A DNA stretch of 64,000 bases from an uncultured Candidatus Binatia bacterium (GTDB lineage: Bacteria > Desulfobacterota > Binatia > UBA9968 > JAJDTQ01). The notes below the pieces were generated by a model. That model had not been told where the DNA came from and searched no databases. It was given only the letters and a program-made list of their open reading frames with translations. Both the position numbers and the translations under genes were made by a program. Positions 13,537-21,661 of this stretch are shown here, piece after piece; within the stretch, counting starts at the first letter, position 1, and each line of letters opens with the position of its first letter. The DNA lies in the NCBI GenBank assembly GCA_965242525.1, contig OZ251459.1, positions 2,137,515-2,201,514 on the forward strand. Direction: 5' to 3'.

Positions 13537-15020
13537 GAAAACCACCCAGCCTGGTGGCAAGACACGAAGCCTATGCCTATCAGCTCGATGCTTTAAGAGC
13601 CGTAAAGGCGCTTCCTTATGCCGCCATATTCCACGAGCAAGGGCTCGGTAAAACAAAGATAGCTATTGACTTGATGTTGCTGTGGCTATCCAATGACTTA
13701 GTGGACACTGTATTTGTGATTACAAAAAAGAGCTTGGTTCAAAATTGGTTTGATGAACTTACCTCTCACTCATACGTAACTCCTCGAATTCTTTCCGATA
13801 ACCGTCGCGAGAACAGCCTCGCACTAAACTCACCTGTATTGATCTATATTATGAACTACGAAGCAATCTCGGCAAATCTTCATTTGATCGAGGATTTTCT
13901 CATTACCTGTAGGGTTGGCGCAATCCTTGACGAAAGTCACAAGATCAAAAACCCGCAAGCAAGGGCATCGATCTGCCTTCACTCTATCGCCGACAAATTC
14001 TCGCGTAAGGTGATAATGACGGGAACGCCAGTGGCGAACCGTCCTTATGATCTTTGGTCGCAAGTCAAGTTTTTGGACGGAGGACAGTCTCTCGGGTCTT
14101 CTTTTGCTGATTTCAAAGCAACCTTTGATCTTCCCGGTCAGCCAAGTTGCACACAGGAATACAGTGAACGACTATCCAATATCATTGACAAGATTAGACA
14201 TTTCTCGGTGCGAGAGACAAAGCGTACCGTAGAATTGAGCCTACCCGACAAGACAATACTAACTCATTTCGTGAACATGGCGCCTCGCCAAGCGGTAATA
14301 TATGACTCCTACGTGACCGAAGCGGCCTACGAGATCAACCTTGGGGACGACCTGATTCTGGACAACGCCGAAGACATCCTGAAACGCCTGTTACGCCTGG
14401 TGGAGTGCGCCTCTAATCCTTTCTTGGTTGACAAGAGATACTCTGAGGTGCCAGGGAAGTTCTCCGAACTCTTGAAGCTTCTCCAGGAAATTGACTTACG
14501 AGCACATAAAGTGGTTTTGTGGACAGGGTTTGTTGATAATGTAGAATGGATAACTGCCCAATTGAAGGAGTTTTCGCCCTTGAAGGTTCATGGTCGTATG
14601 TCCATTGAGCAACGGAACCAGTCCATAAGCAGATTCAAAACCCACCAGAAACACCGTGTCTTTGTAGCCACGCCTGGCTCTGCAAAGGAAGGCTTAACTT
14701 TGACAGTAGCCAATCATGCTGTTTTCTACGATCGAAGCTTCAGTCTTGATGATTACCTCCAGGCGCAAGACCGAATTCATAGAATCTCTCAAACTGAAGA
14801 CTGCTATGTACACAACTTGATCGCCAAACAAACCGTGGATGAGTGGGTGGATGCTTTGCTAAACGCAAAACATATCGCTGCACAGCTATCTCAAGGTGAT
14901 ATTTCTCAAGCTGAGTTTGAGTCTTCCTTTACCTTCAATTTAGCCGAAATACTGGCAGACATATTAACTTCCAGGTCGCTCGCTTCCAGGAGTCAGGAGA
15001 ACGGAAAATGGCCGAAATAA
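13521..15020 (+). CDS. SNF2-family ATPase/translocase (core-only, 499 aa)
   Basis: Motif I HEQGLGKT, motif II ILDESHKIKN, motif III MTGTPVANRPYDLWS, and motif VI YLQAQDRIHRISQT. GTG start at 13521. Confidence 0.85.
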   Translation: MAFTLRKPPSLVARHEAYAYQLDALRAVKALPYAAIFHEQGLGKTKIAIDLMLLWLSNDLVDTVFVITKKSLVQNWFDELTSHSYVTPRILSDNRRENSLALNSPVLIYIMNYEAISANLHLIEDFLITCRVGAILDESHKIKNPQARASICLHSIADKFSRKVIMTGTPVANRPYDLWSQVKFLDGGQSLGSSFADFKATFDLPGQPSCTQEYSERLSNIIDKIRHFSVRETKRTVELSLPDKTILTHFVNMAPRQAVIYDSYVTEAAYEINLGDDLILDNAEDILKRLLRLVECASNPFLVDKRYSEVPGKFSELLKLLQEIDLRAHKVVLWTGFVDNVEWITAQLKEFSPLKVHGRMSIEQRNQSISRFKTHQKHRVFVATPGSAKEGLTLTVANHAVFYDRSFSLDDYLQAQDRIHRISQTEDCYVHNLIAKQTVDEWVDALLNAKHIAAQLSQGDISQAEFESSFTFNLAEILADILTSRSLASRSQENGKWPK

Positions 15021-16051
15021 AGATCCTCAAGGAATCGGTGCAGGTAGTCAAGGAAGACTATGTGCATATCTACGAACTGAAGTTCCTGAAAGACAACCCT
15101 CGCGTATACGCGTGTACACATGAGTACCCGAATTTCGATGACTTGATGGAAGAGCAACAGCAAGACGTCATTTTCGATAAACTAAAGGAAGAGACGAGCG
15201 TCAAAAATCTCCGTCCTGAGATAGAACGGCATGGGGGCCTTATGGAGCCGATACTGGTTCGGCTCGATACACGCCAAGTCATTGAAGGCAATTCTCGCCT
15301 CGCTGTATACCGCCTGCTGTACGAAGGGACGAGGGAGAGCGACTGGGAATATATTCCGTGCAGCATGGTAAGTGGGCTAACAGAGCGTCAACAGGCCGCT
15401 TTTCTCAACGAAGTCCATGTGAAGGGCAAGACTCAATGGTCCCCCTACGAAAAGGCCAACTTCGCCTATGTCCGCAGGGAACGAGGTTGGAGTCTCAGTG
15501 ACATCGCCGAACTTTTCGGAGAGTCAGTAAATACGATTAGAACCCGAGTAAAGGTCATTGAAACCATGAAAGGGAACTCGGATGGCACAAAATCTCATTT
15601 CAGTCATTACGATGTACTAGTTCGAATACCTGCTATAGAGAAGGAGCTTTCTCAAAATGACGAGCTGCGCAATCTTCTTTACGCGGAGATCAAGAAGATC
15701 GATCCCAGAGACGACAAGAGCGCGAATGAGGACGAAACTGGCGAAGAGGACGAAAGCGGTTTCACCGCGCAGGAACTCAGGAGGAAACTGCCCGCGATCA
15801 TCGAGAAACCTAAGGTTTTGCGAAAATATATCGAAGGTGAAATAGATTTGGACGAAGGCTACCAGCGTGCGAAGATCAGCAACGCGGAAACCCGAGTTCG
15901 GAAAGCAAAAGGACTTTTGGAGGACGTTTCTCGAGAAGAGGTGACAAGGCTCGAACAGAATCGCTTCAATGCGTTCAAACAGGATGTACGGAGGATATCC
16001 CGCGTAGTGGAGCGCCTCAATGAGATCACAAAGGACCGTGAGACACCATGA
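15008..16051 (+). CDS. ParB/Srx-fold N-terminal domain protein (ParB-like 2)
   Basis: LKFLKDNPR...PILVRLDTRQVIEGNSRLAVYRLL. It aligns with ParB-like 1 beyond the N-domain (W.YEKA..., HTH-like SLSDIAELFGESVNTIRTRV). The ATG at 15008 is preceded by GGAGA. Confidence 0.7.
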   Translation: MAEIKILKESVQVVKEDYVHIYELKFLKDNPRVYACTHEYPNFDDLMEEQQQDVIFDKLKEETSVKNLRPEIERHGGLMEPILVRLDTRQVIEGNSRLAVYRLLYEGTRESDWEYIPCSMVSGLTERQQAAFLNEVHVKGKTQWSPYEKANFAYVRRERGWSLSDIAELFGESVNTIRTRVKVIETMKGNSDGTKSHFSHYDVLVRIPAIEKELSQNDELRNLLYAEIKKIDPRDDKSANEDETGEEDESGFTAQELRRKLPAIIEKPKVLRKYIEGEIDLDEGYQRAKISNAETRVRKAKGLLEDVSREEVTRLEQNRFNAFKQDVRRISRVVERLNEITKDRETP

Positions 16052-17688
16052 TTCCGTACAATGTACTGCTAGTCGAGCCCGGATACTTCAACAAGTATCC
16101 GCCGCTTGGGTTAATGAAGTTGGCAGCATATCATGGCGCTCGCGGTCGTGGCGACCGGGTCCGCTTCGTCAAAGGTGAGGATCGTGAAGTGTCGCTGGAG
16201 TCGTGGGATCGAGTTTATGTAGCTACATTGTTCAGTTTTGAATGGGCGCGTACTGCCGCGGCAATTGATTTTGCCATCCGGACCGTGCGCGGCCAGACAG
16301 AACGGGTATTTGTAGGCGGCATCGCCGCATCGCTTATGCATGAGCACTTTGAGAACGAACCACGATGGTCGGGTGTCCGTTTTATTAAAGGACTATTGAC
16401 TGATCCGCCGGCAGTTGCGCTGCGTTTATCAGCAGAAGATTGTGATTTTGGCTTTGACGACCACCAGGGACCCCCTATCGAGGAGTTGATTCCAGACTAC
16501 TCCATTCTCGATCAGATCGAATATTCCTATCCTGTCCGAGACGCCTACTTTGGATACGCTTCACGTGGTTGCGTTCGGAAATGTGCGTTCTGTGGCGTTC
16601 CTAAACTGGAAGGCGCTCAGCGCGAAATGCCTTCCCTTACTTCCTTGGTCAAAGGAATCGAAGATGCATACGGACCCAAGAAGGACCTGGTGTTGATGGA
16701 TAATAACGTCACGGCATCCCTGCGATACAAGGAGATAATTGCTGAAATCCGGGATCTCGGCTTCACGCCAGGCGCTAGGCTCGAACGCAGTGGGCGACCG
16801 CCGATCAAGCGACGCGTGGATTTCAATCAAGGCGTTGACGCGAGGATTCTTGCCAAGTCCCCGCTCTTTCTTAGGGAAATGGCAAAAATCTGTATCAGTC
16901 CTCTTCGTATCGCCTTTGACCACCTTGGGGTACGAAAAGTATATGAGACTTCTGTTCGAATGGCAGCACACCACGGAATCACCTCCTTATCAAACTATAT
17001 GCTCTATAACTTTATGGACACTCCCGCAGATCTATACGACCGCATGCGTTTGAATATTACCCTCAATAACGACTTGGGCATCCGTATTTGGTCATTTCCG
17101 ATGCGTTATCAGCCAGTCTATCTCAAGGACCGTTCCCACGTAGGCAAAAATTGGACGAGATACCAACTACGCTCCTTTCAGATTATGCTGCAGGCGACTC
17201 GAGGGGTTGTTAGCGGCAACCCTTCCTTCTTCATGCGGGCTTACGGAGAAGACAAACGCGACTTCGAACAACTTTTGAGTTTGCCACATGCTTTCATTTT
17301 TCACCGTGATTACTACGAGAGAGGACCAGGACGAGGCATCCGAGATGACTATGAGACGGCACGACGGCGCCTTTCCAAGTCTCAAGAACAGGAATTGCTT
17401 GGTTTGCTGGAAGGCTCGGACAGTGTACCGGGTTTTCGAAGGGATCGGCTTCGCTCTTTGGTAGCCGACCCTGGCATTGACACATCTATTCGTAGAGTCA
17501 TTCGATTTCACTTGCTGGATACAAAAGAGAAACCGCAGAACCCCATTCTGCCGCTCTTCCCCGACCTTAATCCTGATCCAGCTTTCCCTGACGACGATGA
17601 ACTTGTCGAGGACGCCGGACTCTTTGATCACGAACACGCCTTGGAACAATCTGAAAAGGCCATCAAAGGAAACCATCATGGTCAATGA
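16048..17688 (+). CDS. Radical SAM protein with B12-binding-like N-terminal domain
   Basis: ASRGCVRKCAFCGV contains the CxxxCxxC motif. The N-terminus VLLVEPGYFNKYPPLGLMKLAAY resembles the B12-binding-domain radical SAM class. ATGA overlap with the upstream gene at 16048-16051. Confidence 0.8.
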   Translation: MIPYNVLLVEPGYFNKYPPLGLMKLAAYHGARGRGDRVRFVKGEDREVSLESWDRVYVATLFSFEWARTAAAIDFAIRTVRGQTERVFVGGIAASLMHEHFENEPRWSGVRFIKGLLTDPPAVALRLSAEDCDFGFDDHQGPPIEELIPDYSILDQIEYSYPVRDAYFGYASRGCVRKCAFCGVPKLEGAQREMPSLTSLVKGIEDAYGPKKDLVLMDNNVTASLRYKEIIAEIRDLGFTPGARLERSGRPPIKRRVDFNQGVDARILAKSPLFLREMAKICISPLRIAFDHLGVRKVYETSVRMAAHHGITSLSNYMLYNFMDTPADLYDRMRLNITLNNDLGIRIWSFPMRYQPVYLKDRSHVGKNWTRYQLRSFQIMLQATRGVVSGNPSFFMRAYGEDKRDFEQLLSLPHAFIFHRDYYERGPGRGIRDDYETARRRLSKSQEQELLGLLEGSDSVPGFRRDRLRSLVADPGIDTSIRRVIRFHLLDTKEKPQNPILPLFPDLNPDPAFPDDDELVEDAGLFDHEHALEQSEKAIKGNHHGQ

Positions 17689-19186
17689 AGCAAGTGCTAT
17701 GACGACGACGACACGGCAGTCACTTGACTCGATTGGCAGCGACATTCTCAACCTAATTACCCTTGGAATGTACAATAACCCTCTTGCCATCTATCGCGAG
17801 TACATCCAAAACGCTGCGGATGCGCTTGCACGTTCTGGAAGTCGCACTGACGGCCAAGTGGCAATCCATTTTGACAAGTCCGCATCGTCCATAACGATTC
17901 GAGACACCGGACCAGGCCTATCACCGAAGTCCGCAAGACGCGCACTTTTGCCCATTGCCAAGAGCGAAAAGGAATTCCAGGCTGAACGCGGTTTTCGCGG
18001 CATCGGTCGCTTGTCCGGACTGGCTTTCGGCAAATCCGTCACCTTTCTTACGCGAGCACGAGGAGACCAGCCAGCAACAAGTGTCAAATGGGACGGACTG
18101 AAACTTCGGACAAACATTGACCAGCGCAAACCGATTGAACGGGTACTCAAGGAAGCTGTTACGGTAGAACCGCTAACAAGACCAGATTTCCCGCCACACT
18201 TCTTCGAGGTCCAAGTGAACGGTATCGCGCGACACGCAGCGGGACTGATACTCAATCGAGACGCGGTCCGGACGTACATTGGCGAAGTATGTCCTGTCCC
18301 TATTTCCCGATCCTTCCCCTTTGCAACCCGGATCCTCGCTTTATTCCAAGCGGAAGCTCCTTTATTCGCGCTGAACCTTGTCTTGGATGGCACCCCCGGC
18401 CCTGTCACACGCCCCTTTGACGACGCGATTCGATTTTCGGATGACAAGCTAGACAAGTTCACGGAGTTTCAGGAAATCAGGATCCCATCGGTAGACCGAG
18501 AAGGACATGCGGCAGTTGGCTGGATTGCACATTCAAATTATTTGGGCGCTATTCCCAAGGAACACGCCATTCGAGGTGTTCGAGCACGTGCGGGCAACAT
18601 ACAGATTGGGAACGAAGCTGTCTTTGATCACCTTTTTTCTGACGATCGCTTTAATCGCTGGTGTGTTGGCGAACTCCATATCATGGACTCGCGTATCATC
18701 CCCAATGCTCGCCGTGACTACTTTGAGCCGGGTCCACACATCCGAAACCTGGAGAACCAGCTTATCGCTGTATTTCGAGAAGTAGTTGCGCGATGCAGGA
18801 AGGCATCCGCAGAACGCAACAGGGAACGAAGGTTGCAGTCCGGATTGCGGGAAATCGAGGATGCTTATCACTTGGCACAATCCGGCTATTTGTCCATGGG
18901 AGATTCTCAAGCCTTGATCGCGCGCGGTCTCAACCGTCTCCAAGACTTCCGGAACAACTGGAGCGAGATGAACGCCTGTGCAAAGACGGAATTGGAAAAC
19001 CTTGAATCGAACCTTCAAAAATTCCAGCCTTCACATAGTCATCTACCCGTGGCTAATTTGTCAAAGTTGGAAGCGGCAACGTACAGAAAGCTTTTTCACG
19101 CTTTGGTAGAGACGTCCCCTTCCCCGCGCATTGCCAAAGAAACAATCGAAGCTGTCCTTGTCCACCTACAGCGCAGGGTCGCATGA
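17678..19186 (+). CDS. GHKL-superfamily ATPase (HATPase_c_3 / MORC- or Hsp90-like)
   Basis: 502 aa from the ATG verified at 17678. N-box REYIQNAADAL, G1 IRDTGPGL, G2 ERGFRGIGRLSGLAFG. It overlaps the radical SAM gene by 11 nt. The ORF-track start at 17477 is rejected because it lies inside the radical SAM gene. Confidence 0.75.
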   Translation: MVNEASAMTTTTRQSLDSIGSDILNLITLGMYNNPLAIYREYIQNAADALARSGSRTDGQVAIHFDKSASSITIRDTGPGLSPKSARRALLPIAKSEKEFQAERGFRGIGRLSGLAFGKSVTFLTRARGDQPATSVKWDGLKLRTNIDQRKPIERVLKEAVTVEPLTRPDFPPHFFEVQVNGIARHAAGLILNRDAVRTYIGEVCPVPISRSFPFATRILALFQAEAPLFALNLVLDGTPGPVTRPFDDAIRFSDDKLDKFTEFQEIRIPSVDREGHAAVGWIAHSNYLGAIPKEHAIRGVRARAGNIQIGNEAVFDHLFSDDRFNRWCVGELHIMDSRIIPNARRDYFEPGPHIRNLENQLIAVFREVVARCRKASAERNRERRLQSGLREIEDAYHLAQSGYLSMGDSQALIARGLNRLQDFRNNWSEMNACAKTELENLESNLQKFQPSHSHLPVANLSKLEAATYRKLFHALVETSPSPRIAKETIEAVLVHLQRRVA

Positions 19187-19199
19187 GAGGAAACGGCGT

Positions 19200-20681
19200 T
19201 CAGAGTTTCTCTACGCGGCTTGCCCTCGAACGCAGAAAGTTGAAATCGGCGTCGTCACCGACATCCGGCATCGCGAGCAAGCGTTCGATAAAAGTCTCCG
19301 GCTGACGCTGCTTCCGCTGTGTCTTCAAGCCGCCCCGCCATTCCAGCAGGACGACTTCTTCTCGAAGCTGTTCGCCGGTCACCGTCGAAGGGCGTGTCCG
19401 AAAGAGGTCGATGCCCATGACCCGGTAGTGCAACGACCGGGCCAAGTCGGCCAGGAGTCGGCCCGTGGGGATACGGACCCGCAGATACGACGCCTGGTCG
19501 CCGACCACGTAGGCGAGCCTGGCCCCCGGCTTGAGGACGGCGCGGAGCGACGCGAGGTGTTTCGCCATGCCGCCGAAGTAGAGCCGCGTGACGCGCGGAT
19601 ACAACCGCTCGAAGCCGGAGGTCTTGCCCAACTCGATACGGCGCTTCTCGATGGCTTCGGCGATGTCCCGTATCTCGGCATGGTCGGCAACCTCACGATC
19701 GTCCGTGTCCGCCTTATAGACGCCCCGGGTGTTGGACCGGATCAGGTTCCGTTTCATGGACCGCAATTCCTGCCGGTCGCGCACCAGTCCCAGGATGACG
19801 GACTCCAACCGTGTGGTGCGCGTGTAGTCCTTTTCGTTGGGATACGGCGGGGAGGTGATCACGGTATCGACGGACCCCGGCTCCAGCGCTCGATGGATCG
19901 CGCGGGCGTCCGCCTCCACGACCCGGGACGGCGCGTCCGTCCGGCCCTTGAGGAGTTCCAGGTCGCCGACGATGGTTCGGAAGCAGTCGAGCCAGGCGTC
20001 GACGGCCGGCGCGTCGTCCTTGATCCGGCCCACGCCGACTTCGGGACCGAACTTCAGGTTCCCGATGCGCAGCACCAGCGCGTTGGCAAGCGCCAGGCGG
20101 CCATAGGGCCGCAGTTGCGGCCGGTCGTGCCGGTCCATGGCGTCCAGCAGGGTCAGCGTCTTGTGGAGGGGCAGCGGACTGATGGAGTCCTTCAGCAGCA
20201 GTTTCGACCGGTCGGGGGGAAGACCCTGCAACACGGGTGGTCCGCTCCCGTTCGCGGCGAAGAGCGGAAGCCCCGCGGCCTCCCGGATGCCCTGCCGTTC
20301 CAGCGTCCTTCGCGCCGCCGCCGCAACCCGACGGGAATAGTCCGAAAGCGCCGCCGGGTCGGCCGACCAATCGACCTTCACCGAACTCGCAAAAGACCCC
20401 ATGGGGTTCGACTCGACGCCCACGCTGGGAATGCCGAGTTTCTTGCACTCCACCAACGTCGTGCCCGTGCCGCAGAAGGGGTCCAGGACCGTATGGGAGC
20501 GGTCCACGCCGAGCCGTTCCATGTAGTCCCTTACCAAGTGGGGCGGGAACGACAGGACGAACCGATACCATTGATGGGCCGGACGGTCTTCAGGCCGCAG
20601 CCTGTTCCGGTCGCCTTGGGTTCCGCCGGTGTCGGCAACCGCGGCCCGGCCGCTGCGCGTATCGGAAATCAGATCCGCCAT
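19200..20681 (-). CDS. DNA methyltransferase (motif I before motif IV SPPY; N6-adenine or N4-cytosine type)
   Basis: LDPFCGTGTTLVECKKLG (AdoMet-binding motif) and VDTVITSPPYPNEKDY (catalytic motif). The ATG at 20679-20681 is verified as 'cat'. The gene has host-like high GC and its stop lies 13 nt from the GHKL gene's stop. Confidence 0.75.
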   Translation of the reverse strand: MADLISDTRSGRAAVADTGGTQGDRNRLRPEDRPAHQWYRFVLSFPPHLVRDYMERLGVDRSHTVLDPFCGTGTTLVECKKLGIPSVGVESNPMGSFASSVKVDWSADPAALSDYSRRVAAAARRTLERQGIREAAGLPLFAANGSGPPVLQGLPPDRSKLLLKDSISPLPLHKTLTLLDAMDRHDRPQLRPYGRLALANALVLRIGNLKFGPEVGVGRIKDDAPAVDAWLDCFRTIVGDLELLKGRTDAPSRVVEADARAIHRALEPGSVDTVITSPPYPNEKDYTRTTRLESVILGLVRDRQELRSMKRNLIRSNTRGVYKADTDDREVADHAEIRDIAEAIEKRRIELGKTSGFERLYPRVTRLYFGGMAKHLASLRAVLKPGARLAYVVGDQASYLRVRIPTGRLLADLARSLHYRVMGIDLFRTRPSTVTGEQLREEVVLLEWRGGLKTQRKQRQPETFIERLLAMPDVGDDADFNFLRSRASRVEKL

Positions 20682-20745
20682 CGGAGTTCCTGGCCGAACG
20701 GGTCGAGGGAGTCCAGCCTTTCCATGGCAACACGTGCGAGAACCG

Positions 20746-21459
20746 TCAGTCCACCGGAACGCAGGTGACCTCCACCCGTCCGTCACCGTGCAGTCGAACC
20801 GCGTTGACCGTGCCGGCGTAGGTCGGAGACCCCGAGTAGTAGGCGGGCACCCCGTCTTCGCCCACGCGCACGGCGCGGTTCCAGTGGCCCAGAGCCACGT
20901 AGTCGGCGCGGCTGGCGGCCAAGTTCTCCTGCCGGATCAGCCACGAGCCCAGCAGCAGGCCCGCCCGGGGCGCGTCCTCCACGTAATGGCCGTGGGCCAC
21001 CGCCAACTGCCAGCGGGTGCGCCGCTCGGGCGGCTCGGGCAGGGGCATCATGTCCAGGTAGTCCACGTGGGGACGGCCCCATACCTCCAGGTCCAGCTCG
21101 GGGAAGCCGCTCCGGTCCTCGGTGAGGCCCAGCACGCGCACGTTACCCGCGCCGGCGAACTCGGACCGGCGATAGACCGAATCAGGAGTCAGGGGGTCGT
21201 GGTTGCCCGGCAGGACCACGATGGGGAGGCCGGAGTCGGCCATGACTCCGGCCGCGTCCTCGATGAACCGGGGACCCTGGCGGTTGTGGTCGAAGGTGTC
21301 CCCCGCCAGGATCACCAAGTCGGCGCCCTGGGCGCTCGCAATCGAGAGCACCTGTTGCAGCACCGGCAGGTTGCCGGAATCGTCTTCGTTCAGGACGCTG
21401 TCCGCGCCCAGGTGGAGGTCCGATGTGTGGACGACGAGGACTTCACGCGGTGCGTTCAT
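20746..21459 (-). CDS. Calcineurin-like metallophosphoesterase (SbcD/Mre11-like fold)
   Basis: VVHTSDLHLG, LILAGDTFDH, VVLPGNHD and AVAHGH motifs. Start verified at the ATG at 21459. Confidence 0.75.
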   Translation of the reverse strand: MNAPREVLVVHTSDLHLGADSVLNEDDSGNLPVLQQVLSIASAQGADLVILAGDTFDHNRQGPRFIEDAAGVMADSGLPIVVLPGNHDPLTPDSVYRRSEFAGAGNVRVLGLTEDRSGFPELDLEVWGRPHVDYLDMMPLPEPPERRTRWQLAVAHGHYVEDAPRAGLLLGSWLIRQENLAASRADYVALGHWNRAVRVGEDGVPAYYSGSPTYAGTVNAVRLHGDGRVEVTCVPVD

Positions 21460-21661
21460 GCTGGCGGTTTCTCCCTTCCCGGTGCGCCGCGGCCTGCGGG
21501 GACGCGGCTCCGCGGGCCGCAAGCGCGTCCGTCCCGGGGGCCTGGACCCGCCGGACACCGAGGGCCTGCCGGACGGAGGCGCCCTCTTCCAACGGCATGT
21601 GGTCGGGAGCCCTGGCGCCGGCTGCGGGACGGAAACCGCTGCGGAAGGCCTGCGGCCCGGG

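Noticed and set aside
17477-17677. Extended N-terminus of the GHKL ATPase suggested by the ORF track
   Set aside because: This stretch lies wholly within the radical SAM coding region in another frame. The GHKL homology starts only after the ATG at 17678.
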